DNA of 64,000 bases from Lama guanicoe (Eukaryota): assembly GCA_013239625.1 (NCBI GenBank), contig MU057102.1, positions 2,133,432 through 2,197,431 of the forward strand, given 5' to 3'. Numbering within the stretch: the first letter of the stretch is position 1; each line of letters begins with the position of its first letter. Below are positions 12,086-25,559 of this stretch, one piece after another. The notes beneath the pieces are model-generated. The model searched no databases. It saw only the letters and a program-made list of their open reading frames with translations, and was not told the origin of the DNA. Both the position numbers and the translations under genes were made by a program.

Positions 12086-12339
12086 GCTCAAGAAACCGTA
12101 AGTTCAACTCTAAAAAGCTAGCAGGAAGTAAATCAACACAACGAAGCCCACGACTGCACCTCAGAACCCGTCTGCCCTTGCCAGCTCTGGGGGAACCACC
12201 TCCTGTAAGGGCTCAGCCAGGCCACCTGTTCTCTCACCTAAAACTGTCATGTCCCCATTCCCAGGTCCTATTTTCCTCTAGAGCAAAACTCGTCTGAAGA
12301 ATTGTCTAGAGCTGCTCTCTAAATCTCCCTCGTCCATGG

Positions 12340-12720
12340 TTTTTCCTTAACTTTTATTTTGAAAACTTTCAAACCAAAAGAAAAGCTGAAAGAGTAATTC
12401 AAGGAACAGTCACACAGTCTTCACCCAGATTCAGCTACTAGCACGCTGCCACCCTTGTGCTCAGGCTCGCACTCCCCCGCCACACACACGCACACACGTG
12501 CGCACGCACACCACACACACATGATCTGGGGGCTGCACCACGTGAGAGTGAACCTCAACACGTGACCCCCAAGAACTACTCATAATCAAGGGCAGCAGGC
12601 TGCGCAGACTCACATTCAGCACACCCGGTTGTCTTAACAGTGACCGTCCAGTTGATTCGTCCCCTGGATCCAGATGTAACCACGGATCATAAAACTGCTC
12701 GGGCCTGCCACGCACACTTG
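12340..12720 (-). mobile_element. Old L1MC-like 3' end with internal (CA)n
   Basis: ttttattttgaaaactttcaaacc...aaaagctgaaagagta...ttcacccagattca is typical of the reverse of L1MC 3' ends. Confidence 0.6.
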
Positions 12721-13460
12721 CTTCTTTTCGTCTAAGCAAACCACTCTCCACCTTCCACGGCGCTGGCTGAGCCTGCTGGAGAGCCCAGCTGCATCTCTAC
12801 GGAAGGCCCTCCCTCCCCCAGGCCAGGGTCAGCCCTCCCACTCCCTCTCGACCTCACTCCAGGTCGGCCTCCGCCCTCACCACCCACCAGGTATCAAAAG
12901 GCAGAGGAGGAGGAGTCGAGAAGCACTGAGGGTGCGCGGGGGTGGCGGGTGCCGCCTCAACATCTACCTACCCGGCACCCGCCAGCGCGGACAGCTGACC
13001 GAAGCCCCGCCTCGCCACGGTTCACCCGGTGCGACTCGGCCCCGGCCGCCCATGGGGGTCCCCCAGGGAGCCTGGAAAAACACAGGAGCCCAGGACCCCA
13101 GTTCCTAAAGTGTCCAGCCACCAGGTCTGACAGTGGGCTGGGGCACAGGCTTGGTCCTTGGGAGGATCCTCAGCACTCAGAGCAGGCTCCACGGACCTGG
13201 GGGTCAGCACCACCCGGGAGCCTGGCAGAAACGCAGAGCCCCGGGCCCTCAGCCATTTGTTGACTCAGAATCTGATGTCACGAGCTCCCAGCTGGTCTAC
13301 ATGCACAGTGGAAACACGGAAGTGGAAGACACTGGTTTTGCTTCTGACTCGCACAGGGCGGCGTCATGACAGAATTTCAAATGTTCTCACTGGTCTGTCC
13401 TCCCAACTAAACGGCAGACACTTGGAGGGCAGGAAACGGCTCTTACTTTCCTGGCCACCC

Positions 13461-13540
13461 CACACAGTACCCCGCAGAGCATCCCGCACGGCACCCCATG
13501 GAGCACACCACATGGCACCCTGCAGAGCACACCGCATAGG
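13461..13540. repeat. Degenerate ~23-bp minisatellite (about 3 copies)
   Basis: cacagtaccccgcagagcatccc / gcacggcaccccatggagcacac / cacatggcaccctgcagagcacac. Confidence 0.7.
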
Positions 13541-14281
13541 GCAGCTGTGTAGCAATGCCTGCTCACGGCGGCTTTTCCACCCGAAGCGATGGACTGGCCA
13601 AAACGGGGCCCCGCAGCCTCACTTGCATAGCTGAGGCTCCACACGGAGCAGAGAGGGGCTGACTCCGACCCCGCAGTCCTCGCCCTCTATTATTTCCAGA
13701 CCTTCCTCTCCTCACCATGGGCTCTTGAGCCTTCCAGAAACCTTGCACCGAGGACTCGGCTTGCAAGGGTGGGGCACCAAAACTTTCACCTCCACGTATG
13801 TACACGTTTCTGAGAGAGAGTGCCTAGAAATTAACTTAAAGCTGAAAACATTTTTGCCAAGAGGGCCACCCACAATCAGATAGTGAGTAAGTCTTTGAAT
13901 GCCAAAAAGGAAGGTATTTCCAAGTAGTTCTGAAATGCTGCTAAATAATCACTTCATTGAGAATAACCGGAACCACATGGAACCTCTAAAGAAGTTAAGA
14001 TATTGCAACGTGTCTTGCTCTGGAGCCAGTTTAAGGATGAGAACCCAGCAGGAGGGACCCAACGCGTCAAGCATGCCCGTAACACGAAACGGCATCAGGG
14101 CACTTGTCAAAGGAATCGCGCGTGAGAAGCAGTGGCAGCTTCGCCTGCCTGCAGTGGGACCACACTTCCTCACAGCGGCCTCCACCAGAGAAAGAGTAAA
14201 TGTAGCAGAACCGTTACAGAGCCTCAGGAGAACGGGGCCAAACCTCAAGCTGCTCGGTCTCGCGCAGGAGTCGGCACGTAC

Positions 14282-14486
14282 TTGGGGGTCTGCTGCACCT
14301 CCGCCCACCAGCGGTAGTCAGTGTGGCTGACCAGCAGCAGGATCTGGCACCAGAGCAGCACGAGGGCCGGGTGGGTGGGGACCATGGAGCGAACCCAGGC
14401 GTTCAAGCGCTCCAGGCTGTAGAAACTGCCGTCGGTGCCCTCGGTGAAGAGTCTAGAGGCAGCTGCCGTGATTCTCCGGAACATCC
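14282..14486 (-). CDS. HTT: HTT exon 41 (205 nt)
   Basis: ttccag|GGATGT...CCCCAA|gtacgt; [68 protein letters not shown]. Confidence 0.97.
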
Positions 14487-15234
14487 CTGGAAACAAACCA
14501 AAGGTAAAACTGACCACAGGGAAGTGTCTTTGCCGCCCCCTCTCCGCAGCGCCCTCCTGCCACAGGGCCTGGAGAGACCTCCCGAATTCACCACTTCACT
14601 CTGTCCCCTCCGCAGCCTCCACCCCCAGCTCAAAGTGCCTCTCCCTTCACGCTGCCACCGGCTGGCCTTCACCCCAGGACACGGGGACACGCACATGCCG
14701 CAAAGCACAGGGGGGAAGGCGGAGGGCTCGGCGTGGATGGGAGCTGGCTGGCGCCCCGCCCCTCATCTCAGGGCTCCTGGCATCAGTGGAGAGAGTCAAA
14801 ATGTTGTCTCTGATTTAAATTTCAGCACATTCCGAACACAGAAGAGCCCTAAAGCTGGCAGAGCAAGTGGGCCACAGGCCCCTCCTCACTGCTTCGCGAC
14901 TGGTTACGCTGATGCCCTGAGGCACGGGAGGGGAGCGGACAGAAGTTCGACATTACAAACAACAAAACCCCGACAAGAAGCTTCCCAGCGCGCAATTCTT
15001 CTCTGGGCCACGGTGAGGTTAGGCCTCCAGCCCTGGCCTGGTCCTTCTCTGTGCCTCCATTATTCCCCGGGCTCCCCGTCGGGTCAAGGATGCCAGGGAA
15101 GAGGCGAGCGCTGGCCCGGAGAAGCCCTGGAGCCAGGCAGGGGGGCACGGAATGACAGGCTCAGGGCGTGGGACCCACTGAGCAGGCAGCAGGAAACCAC
15201 GGTCAGAGCTGTGACCCAGACGGCTGAGCGACAG

Positions 15235-15410
15235 GCAGCCCTCGACTCAGACTGTGGCTCTACCGTTCCTACTTGGTGACCCTGGCCGTGCGCGGCCTGG
15301 GGCCTGGCCCCTCACGTGTGGGATGGAATTAAGAGCAGCAGCTGCTCACAGGGCTGCAACAAGGCTCAAATCATAAAACCCGAGCCCAGGACTCGGCACA
15401 GTGCTGGATG
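15235..15410 (+). mobile_element. MIR fragment (GC-shifted)
   Basis: ggctctaccgttcctacttggtgaccctggcc...cctcacgtgtgggatggaattaag...ctcacagggctgc. Confidence 0.5.
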
Positions 15411-15864
15411 AAGCACATGGCCAGCAAGCAGGCTGCTGCTGGAAGGATGTGAGGAAAGCAGGGGGAGGGGTGGGGTGGGGGGCTGGCGGACAGGCAGAGA
15501 GTCAGGGGCCCGCAGGTGGCGGGGGCAGGGGTGTCTGAACGTCTCTCACGAAGGACGCCAATCAAGTCACGTCAACAAGAGGAAGCAGCTGGAGAGGAGC
15601 CACGCCGGCGACGGGCCTGACTTCAGTGTGCGCAAGGTGCCAGCAGGACACCGAGCCACGTGTCCAGAGGTGGAAGGACACAAGAGACTAAGGCCGCCAG
15701 GACAGTGCAGTGACGTGACCGTCATCTCTCAGCGACGACCGAGGCAGGTCACGAAAGCGACGTTTCTACTAGGCAGAAGGGCCCAGGAGGGAGACGGGGA
15801 GCAAGGACAGAACCCCAGCGCTGAGCACGCGATGGATGAAAGCCGGTCTCCTCAGTGACCTGTG

Positions 15865-17110
15865 CTGGGAGACCCCCATCTGCACAGGCAAAGAACGAAA
15901 CTTAGACCCGTCTCACGCGACTCACAGAAATTAACGCAAGTTGCAGACCTGAACCATACACCTCCTAGAAGAAAGCGCAGGGGAAAAGTCTGACACTGGT
16001 CTTAGCGATGGTTTTTTCGGATCTGACATCAAAAGCAAAGGCACCAAAAATGCAAATAAACAAGTGGGACATCAAACTAAAAAGCAAAGTGATGGAAACC
16101 ATCCACAAAATGAAAAGGCAACCTACAAAATGGGAGCAAGCATTTGCAAACCATGCGTCTGATAAGGAGTTAACTTCCAAAATATGTAACAAACACATAA
16201 ATCAATAACAGAAAAACCCAAATAATCCAATTAAAAAGAGGGCAAAGGACCTGAACGGACATTTTTCCAAAGAAGGCATTCAAATGCCAACAGGCCCATG
16301 AAAAGGCGCTCAGCACCCCTAACTGCCAGAGGAACGCAGGTCGAAACCGAAACGAGACGGCGCGGCGCGCCGCTTAGGACGGCCGCCCTCAAAAAGGCGA
16401 GGAAGAACCAGCACTGGGAGGACATGGAGAAAGGGGAGCCCTCGCGCCCTGCTGGTGGGGGTGCGAACTGGTGCAGCCACTGTGCAAAAGAGCACGGAGG
16501 TTACTTTAAAAATTAAGAACAGAACTTCCGTTTGCTCCAGCAACCCCACTTCCGGGTGTTTACCTGAAGGAAACAAAAGCACTCACTCGAACACACCTGC
16601 ACCCTGGGTTCCTGCAGCGTTTCTCACAGAAGCCAAGACGGCGAGACGAGCCAAGCGCCTCCTGAGGCTGTGNNNNNNNNNNNNNNNNNNNNNNNNNNNN
16701 NNNNNNNNNNNNNNNNNNNNNNNNNNNNNNNNNNNNNNNNNNNNNNNNNNNNNNNNNNNNNNNNNNNNNNNNNNNNNNNNNNNNNNNNNNNNNNNNNNNN
16801 NNNNAGGGCTTGAGGGCGTCGTGCTACGTGAAGTCAGACAGAGAAGAACGACTCTGAGACCTCACATGCACGTGGATGTGAGAAATCCAGACTCACAGAT
16901 ACAGCGATCAGACTGACAGCTGCCAGAGGCGGGCGGCTGTGGGCGCAGGGGCGGGTGAAGGACTGGAAGCCGAAGACTCAGGAAGGCGCGCAGCTGGCCA
17001 ACTGCTGCAGACGCACAGAAGGAAGGAGAGCCGGGCGCGGGGCGACAGCAGTGAGCCCTGAAAACCGCGCGCTGGAAAGCTGCGCAGTAACAAGAGGAGG
17101 AGGACCCTGA
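15865..17110 (+). mobile_element. L1MA-like ORF2 3' end and 3' UTR, antisense to HTT
   Basis: ORF2-like DLTSKAKAPKMQINKWDIKLKS...KMKRQPTKWEQAFANHASDKELTSKI, followed by 3' UTR-like sequence. Confidence 0.9.
16673..16804. other. Assembly gap (132 N)
   Basis: Run of N inside L1. Confidence 1.
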
Positions 17111-20100
17111 AGGAAGCAGCAGAGCAAAGAAAGGGCTGAGTCTCCCTCGCAGGTGGGGTTATCAGGGCAGCTCTCAGCAAGGAGGGAAAGAGACACACAC
17201 GCCTGGTGGCGTGGAGGAAGGGGCACTAGGGGACTGGCCGAGGAGCGGACGCCCCAGGGCGGCTGTCGGGGCAGCCCTGGGCAGACGCTACTCCCGCTCG
17301 GCTCCGTCTTCTCCCCACGCAGCCTGGGTGCACTCCTGTGGAGGCCGCGGCATCAGAGGTGGTGTGGGACACGCGAGGCCCAGGAAAGGCCCGGGGCCCC
17401 GCCTCCGAGCACACGACCCCTCCGTGTCTCCATCACTTCAGCCAGGACACGGATGGCATCACGGCACATAGGCGAGGTGCACGCCCACTGCCGCACTCAC
17501 CACCATTCACCCAAGAGGCGCACGTCCGATGAGCAGGAGAAACCCTGGGCCTTCGCTTTTGGTCTCAGCACACGCCCTCCCCGAGCTTCCGTTCTCTCAT
17601 CAGTGAGACAGGGAAGCACTTCACAGAGCCGCCATGAGGACCAACGGGGTAAAATGATGCCAGGTGCTGCGCGCCCGGAGAGCACCGTGAGCAGCCTTGA
17701 CCCCGCCCAACTGTGCACTGGCGTCCATCTCACCGCCGGAGGAAGGACCCGTTCTCTGTCTCTGATGCTCCCACTTGGCCCGCACAGGGCGGGCGCACCG
17801 GCCCTGATGAGGGTCCCATGAGGAAGGAAGTGAGCGGCGTCCTGCCCGCTCTGCTAGGGAAGCTCGGGAATGGTGCGCCGCCCGCAGGGCCTGGGGATGG
17901 GGGGCATCTGGAGGCGGGGGTGGGGAGCACCGATGGGGACTGGACATGTGCTGGGCAGTCAGGGCATCGCCCCAGCCCTGCCCACAACCAAGCTACGGAC
18001 TCCGTGAGCCCCAAGCCCCGGGCTCTCCTCCTGCTTCTGCCTGGCCTGTCTCGGGGGAGGATGGGGCGCCCGTTACCAAGTTTATAAAATGGAGGCCAGG
18101 TTCCTGGCTATTGTGTTTATGCTGGATTGAATGTGAAACTGGCAAATGACTTTGGGATTCATACCCCTCCCCCAACAAGATGAGTAACAGAAACTTAGAG
18201 GTCAAGGCCATTAGTCAGACTAGTTCCTGTTAAGAAACGATACTTGAAATGGGCAAATTCAAAGGTCTCAATTTTTAGTGGAGGGTGAGGTTCACGGTTA
18301 CTGCTTAAGCAACGCACAGAACAGGAGCAATTGACCGTAGACGCTGAAGGCGTCCTATTCACGTAAAAGGCTAAGACAATTTACTTCCATTTTACCTCAA
18401 AACCAACCAACACAGGAATTCTGCCCCTAATGTTTTCAAAAGAAATGCCATCAAAATAAATGAGGAAGCGCAGACAGGTGTCAACCCACTCCACCCCCTC
18501 ACTTACAAACTTGCGTCCAACAGAACAACGTCCCAAGACACAAACAGCAAGCGCCGGTGCCCGCCACGCCGCCCGGGCTCCTCAGCAGAGCGTGGCTCCC
18601 AGCCAGCCAGTCCACGCATGCTGCCTCATTTAACTAGAAGTGGACCAAACAGAAGCTGCTCGGTCACACCAGCCACAGTTCCAGTGCCCAAAGCCATGTG
18701 GCCAAGACGCCCCTGAACTAGCGCAGACACAGAGCAGCGCCACGCGCAGGGCGCTTGGCTGGACAGCGCCACGACAAACCGCAACCCCCCACCCCCGACT
18801 TCCGAGAGAAGGAAGGGGAAGTCAGAGCAACAGGTGAGGGAGCTCCTCGAATGGCACAGAAACCCGCTGGACACCCCCGAGGCCACAGATCGCACCGCTC
18901 CTCCCTGAGGAAGGTGGACGCCATCCTTAGAGATGACCTGGCGTCCCTCTGGCGTCAGACCCAAACCAACCCACAGCCGAGCGCTGAGATGCCCAACAGA
19001 CTAACGACCCACCACACACGTGGCTCAATCATCTTCTGAACCTTGAACTTACTATGGTGGGTCAGTGGAGCATAAAGCAGAAGGTCCTCAAAAAGAAAAT
19101 CCTTTCTATGTTAAGCACACAGGTGGCTTGCAGCTACAACCCGTTAGCAAAATTAAACTCTGGTCGCGCTCCTGTGCCAAGGGCAACAGCACTTACTCGA
19201 AGAGCCACAAAGTCGTGTCTTCCTCCATGACTCCCAGCCACAGGAGACCAGGTCCCTGCTGCCCGTCTTGGGGTCGTCTCCGACCCCTCGCCACTCAGCA
19301 CAAAAGTGCGTCCGAAAGGCTAGCTCCTCCCTGCCCTCCAGGGCTTAGTTCAACAGCCGCCCTTGGAGAACCGGCCCCACTTGCCCACCCTTGGGCGTCT
19401 GTCACCATGCTTTCATTCCCTTCCCAGGAGACTTACGATGACATCTGTGCACTGTCTGCCCCGCCAGGCTGAGCCCACAGAGGCAAGATCACGTCAGCTT
19501 TACTGGCTACCGTGCACCCTGAGCCCTGCACGGCAGCGGCCGACTCAGTACGTATTTGCTGAATAACACAGGCTGACGATGGTATCTTTTGCTCTCGGTG
19601 GGGGTGTGTGTGGGTGTGTGCGCGCACGCACGCATTTTACTTTGTATTACAGTGATATACACACGTGATTTTTAAAAGAGAGGCTTCAGATTCACAAGCG
19701 CCCTGTCCCCTCCCTTTTAAGGCATCCACGTGCTAGCACTCTGTTTTCAGTTCTGGCAAACCCTCCTTGATACGAGTTTACCACTTGCAGCGGGCCGCCA
19801 GTGATCCTGGCTGCTCCTCTTTCCTCACTACTGGAAAGCAACCCTCTCTCTCAGAGGAATGCTGGCCAGCCTCTCACCTGCCAGCCCAGCCAGAGCCCCC
19901 AGCGGCCCGCGCGTCACTCACAGGACTTACGCAGGGGCTGAGACTGCAGGCAGCCAGAGGACACCCTTCCTGCCACAGGGAAGGAGCCCAGCAGTGAACA
20001 AAGCAACACAGTACTCAGAGCTGAGACGAGGAAGTGCACGATGTGGCAACAGAGTTAAGCCACCAGAGCAGGCAGACCTCAGAGCAACAGCCCGCACCTC

Positions 20101-21131
20101 CCGGAGCTGAAACCAGTAAATTCCGTTTTTCATTCTAGTTAAGGATGGAGTCTTAACCCTGCAAAACTTCTGAACATGGCGACCACATCAGGGTTTCCAG
20201 ACCCCAGCTCGTCAGAGATGAGACTTGCTGAGCTCACTCGCGCCGCCTCCCACCAGTAGGTTACACCTTTGTTCCACTCCGTTGCCGTCCTGGTCTCTGT
20301 GTTCTGCTCTGTTCAGCACTGCGAGACAGGAGCACCAGAGCCCCTTCTATCCCTCCGTACCTCTGTCCACCTTCTACTTCTCTAATTAACTTGGCTGGTT
20401 AGTTTCCTTCTTACCTTTGCAAGAAATGAATCATTTTCAATGTCCTAAAACCATAATTAAGTAAACAAACTCTCAATGTTTTATTCATATGTTGACCCTA
20501 AAAATGAAAAGTCAAACAGCATTTACATTATGACTATATGAACAGTTTTCAACAAAGCCAAGGAGCCTGGAGGATGACATCTGTGGGTCCTTCATCATGA
20601 CCCCAGAGCCAACTAAAGGAGAACCTTTTTAAAACCACAGGTTCCCATGAGATCAACTGTAAATCATGCCACATGTTGACTTGCTTCATATCTGGACCAT
20701 GACTTCCTTGCTGTTTGCTTTGCTTGCTTCGAGAAGAAGGATACGCCGGGACGCAGCGACGAGAGTCTTCCAGGTTGTCACTTACTTTACCCAGAGGAGG
20801 ACACTCCCCTGGAACACACGCATTCCTCCTGGAAAACACTGCCTGTCCTAACTCGGAAGCTGGCTGCTTGCTGTGCTCACTGCATGGCTGGCATCTTTTA
20901 ACTTCTCTCTTGAATTTCTGTCTTTTTTAATCCACAATCATATATAAAGGTGACAAAAGCACGTTGGCCTCCTCAATCTCTAAAATAAGAGGAAGCCCTC
21001 AGGTTTGCTGTTTCCACCAGCAGAAGGTTTTCAAGCGGACACCGAGCAGTGCAGAGCTCGCTGGTAGCACGGCCCCTACCCACCCCCCACCCCCGAGTGT
21101 GCGACGCCGGGCAGGGCACAGCGCCACTCTA

Positions 21132-21299
<168 letters not shown>

Positions 21300-22402
21300 T
21301 CAAAGAAAGGGAGAAGGGTGACACTGAATTAGGTGGCTGTTACGGAGCACTTCTGGGAGGCGCATTCATAAAAACCACACACACACAGCAGATGCAGACA
21401 GAGTGACAATGCAAGTGAAGTGAAACGAGCCGAGTGCAGTGTCGAACTCCCTCCCTCCGGACGGAGTCGCTCTGCCCTGCGCATCGCTCTCCTCCTCTGA
21501 GACAGCAGCCATCACGCCACCTTTGAAGGACCTTCAGGAGGGTAAAACGAGGCGGGTGTGGTGTTTCTTTCAAGCTTTGTAAACCGTAAAGCAAGCTGAT
21601 CACCTGCCGCAAAAATTTCATGTGCCGTTCACTTAGCCACCTGCTGGTATGTATCAGAGGGAGCCACGGGCCGCCCTGCAGAGCCCCAGGCAGAGGGCAC
21701 CATGCAGGCTCACCAGACTGACCTGCACACACCCGCCGACACCTCCACAATGACCAGCCCAGGGCGGCCAGAGTGGTGAACACGGCAGGAAGGAGCAGTC
21801 CTCAGAACTGCGCCCAGGACACACTCTTAGGGCTCTAACTCTGAATCCAGCAAAGGTGGATCAACACTGTCTACACAACAAGTACACACAGGGCCCGAGT
21901 CGTGACTGTTGCCCTCGGGGACTTCCCATCAGCTATGGGGACAAACACGACTTGATGCCACGAGTAAGCCGGGGAGCACAGTGGGAGCAGGCTGGCCCGG
22001 CTGGGAGAAGGGCTCCATTACTGACCGTGTTTGGGACGGCCAGCACACGGAGGGCACAAAAGACTGACTGACTTTCAGTGGGTTTCATCGGTTTTCAAAC
22101 TCTCTGCAGGTAATGCATGCCCTTATCGCCTGCACCCAGGGCGGGCCACCTCCACACCTACTGCCGTGGTGGCCGCTGTGGTGAGGGCACGGTGACCGCC
22201 CTGCAGTCTTTCACAAGGCTGAGGGGACAGGACAGAGCATGCAGAGAGGCGTGACCACGGCCCCTGGCGAGGCGGGCTGGCAGGGAGAACACACAGACCT
22301 CTCTGCCCAAGGAGCAGAGCTGAAGCAAGACTTCCCAACCCCTGTACGCCGGCGACGTCCTGCAGGCCGGGGACTGGCTCGTGGCCCAGACGCACAGCCT
22401 AC

Positions 22403-22638
22403 CTGGAAAACGTTTCCTCTGGCGGACTCTTCGCTTGTCCTCCCTCACTGTGCTCCTCCGGCACCGAGCCACCGCCCCCACCTCTCAGCCTGCTGACGAC
22501 GGGGCAGGAGAGCAGACACGGAGGGAAGGCGAGCTCCTGAACACGGGCAAGAACGATGTCCTCAGTGGACTGGGAGACCAGCACCCTTAGGATGGCCAGG
22601 ATTCCCGACACCCACAGCTGAACGGTGCTCACAGAGGC
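22403..22638 (-). CDS. HTT: HTT exon 39 (236 nt)
   Basis: ttcgag|GCCTCT...TTCCAG|gtaggc; [36 protein letters not shown]...PPEETFSR. Confidence 0.95.
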
Positions 22639-22759
22639 CTCGAAGAAGGAAAATAAGTAAGTTACAGCTAAAGAAAAAGAGGATGAAATTTTCCACTATT
22701 GTCAATTTCATTTATGAAATTTGCCCTCATTTTACCCATTCTACCGACAAATCTCTGTA

Positions 22760-23107
<348 letters not shown>

Positions 23108-24509
23108 TCACGTTTTACAGCTCAAGGTCAGATGACCTTGACTGTCCCATCATTACCACCCTCAAATTTAAACGCATTTAACTTCAGTAGTGACCCAGGC
23201 AAACACCCTTCAGAACAGCACTGCAGCAGCTCTAGTTTTTCCATATGGAAATCTTCTCGTTGAGACTTTTATTATATAAACTACGCATGCTTGCTGTGAA
23301 GGCTACAAATACATAAAAGCATGAAAAACACCACCTAGAAATGCACCAGCCTGACACGATCCCCATCCACACCCTGGGAGCCAGCCCTCGTGCCACTCTC
23401 CACGCGCATCACTCACCCAGACGGGGTAGCACGCACGCTGCTTTCTTCTTTACTTGCTTTACCTGCACCCCATCCCTACCCTGCTTTTTGGCAACAAATC
23501 AGCAAACTGGTGTATTTCTGTGTCGTAACTTTCCCCACATTCCTACAACCGCATGTCCAGACGCACGCAGAGAGGCTTTTAAGTTGTTCTGAAAGGTCAT
23601 ACTCTAAATGCCTCTGCTTTTCTCCCTTAAAATACAATGGATTGACACGACATCATAAAATGACTGTAACTCAGTAAAAAAAAGTTAAAAAAAATACAAT
23701 GGAGAACTCCCAAAGCAACAGGTTTTAAAACCTGACATAATCTTTAAAGGATGCAAAATATTTCAACTAAGTCTCTACCACAGTGTATTCAACCACCCCC
23801 TGCTGAAGGCTTCTGTCACTGCTGATGAGGGTGCAGACACAGTACGCATCCCTGCACGGGGTGTGACTCTCTCAAGGTGCAGGTCGAAACCCGCATGGTC
23901 GGGAGACACCCCGGAGCTGCTGCCCACCAGCTCCCTCTGCCTGGGTTCTCTGGAGGAACCGTCGTGCCCACAGCCAGGGCCCCTGCCGATCATGCAGCCG
24001 ATCCCAACTTTGGTCTGCATCTGCGCAGGGACACCCTGATGGCAATTTCGTCCACCCTGCACCGCCCTCTTACCCTCTGCTCTTGGCCGACCCCAGCCCT
24101 AGTCCCTCCCCACTGGCCCTTCTACCACCCCTCCCTTGTCCTCTAGCCGCCACCCCGCATCTGTCCCCTTTCCCACTCCTCCCTCCCAGCCTCTCACCAA
24201 CACACACCGGCCGGGCTTCTGCCCCCTCCACTCCCCCAAAACTGCCCCCCAGTGACCTCCACGGTACCGAGCCAGGCTTGTGCCTAGGGCCCATTTACCC
24301 CAGTGGATCCATCCCTCCTCTGTGAAGCGCCCTTCCTCCTGGGCGTGAAGAACACTGCTGGCTCTTCCGTCCCTTCCTCGTCTCCTTTGTGAGCCCCTCA
24401 CCTCCCAGGGCTCGGCTGTCTCCACACCCAGACTCACACTCCCAAAGCCCAAGTCAGCCCCCCCAGGGTGCCCGCCGGGCATTGTTTCTGGCGTGTCCCC
24501 TGCTTAGCT

Positions 24510-24715
24510 ACCTGGCAGGCATGTGCCAAGTGTTTCACAGACCATCTTCCACTCAACCTCACGGCGGCAGAAATCCAGCTGGGCATTTACTATGCATGCC
24601 AGCCTTCAACCTCCACCTTCCTCAAACTGCGTCCCCGGTTAAGAGAGACTAGGATAAAGCTTGCAGAGCACCACCCTAAAAATATGCACCTACAGGCCTG
24701 GAATCCAGGGCTACA
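24510..24715 (-). mobile_element. MIR fragment
   Basis: ggcaggcatgtgccaagtgtttcacag...cctcac...gcctggaatccagg resembles reverse MIR. Confidence 0.45.
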
Positions 24716-25559
24716 TGAAAACACCAAACCAACCAGCTCACTAAACCTGTCATCTTTCAGCCCCCACCCTGCACGAGTGGCCTCAGGGTAACAGGTCTGC
24801 TGTGGAGCCAGACCAGGACTGGAGCCACAGAGACGGTAAGCACTAACGCAGGTGCCTGCGTGGTGCCATCCAATGCCAAGAGCACGAACCCCGTGTGACC
24901 CAGAGCTCTGGTTCCCTGGCCGGGTGAGCAAGGTGCGCACACAGGTGTCTGCTGCCTGCATCCGACGTGCGTGAGGCCCGGAGCTGTGCCGGCAGCCAGT
25001 CCGGCCTCCCGGAGGCACCGTCCAGGTGGTGCTGCAGCCAGTGCAGAGTGCCCTGTCCTCAACGCCACGCGGCAGGTGTGGGTCAGAGAGCCTGCGACAC
25101 CCGGGCTCCGGCTCCTTCCACCGCACTTGCGGGGACCACCCACCGCGTCGTTCGACGACAGAAGTTCTGGTCGGACGACGGGAACTGCTAAACCACTTTC
25201 TAAGTGAGCAGGGGACACACACTTACAGATGGAATGAAAAACGTCTAACTGACCCGGATGAGGGCCGCAGTGTGTCAGCGGGGCAGGACACAGCGCTGGA
25301 GCCCCTTCCCAGAGGCTGCCCTGGGGACCAAGGGACCATCTTGAGCCCGGACTCCACACTTGCCAAGTGGAGACACCAGCAACCTGGGAGGGTCGCAGGG
25401 CATCAGCGCAGACCCCATGGCCTTAGACGGCAGTGGTAACTACCAACACACGGGTCACCCTGACCGGCAGAAGAGCCAGTCACGAGCACCCTCGTCCGGG
25501 GGTCTCACCCGCTTACAGGGCTCTCAGCGGCGCTACGGAGAGCAAGAGGGGCGACAGAC

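Noticed and set aside
13461-13540. Repeat array resembling CRISPR
   Set aside because: Head-to-tail degenerate units with no unique spacers, in a eukaryotic intron with no cas genes
14323-15279. Longest ORF (318 aa, plus strand), antisense to exon 41
   Set aside because: No recognisable domain, composition rich in P/A/R/G, and it runs into a MIR fragment; long chance ORFs are expected in GC-rich DNA
16300-17900. CpG-rich stretch as a possible internal promoter or CpG island
   Set aside because: Much of it is GC-shifted L1/MIR sequence and similar CpG density recurs across the window; no promoter-specific evidence
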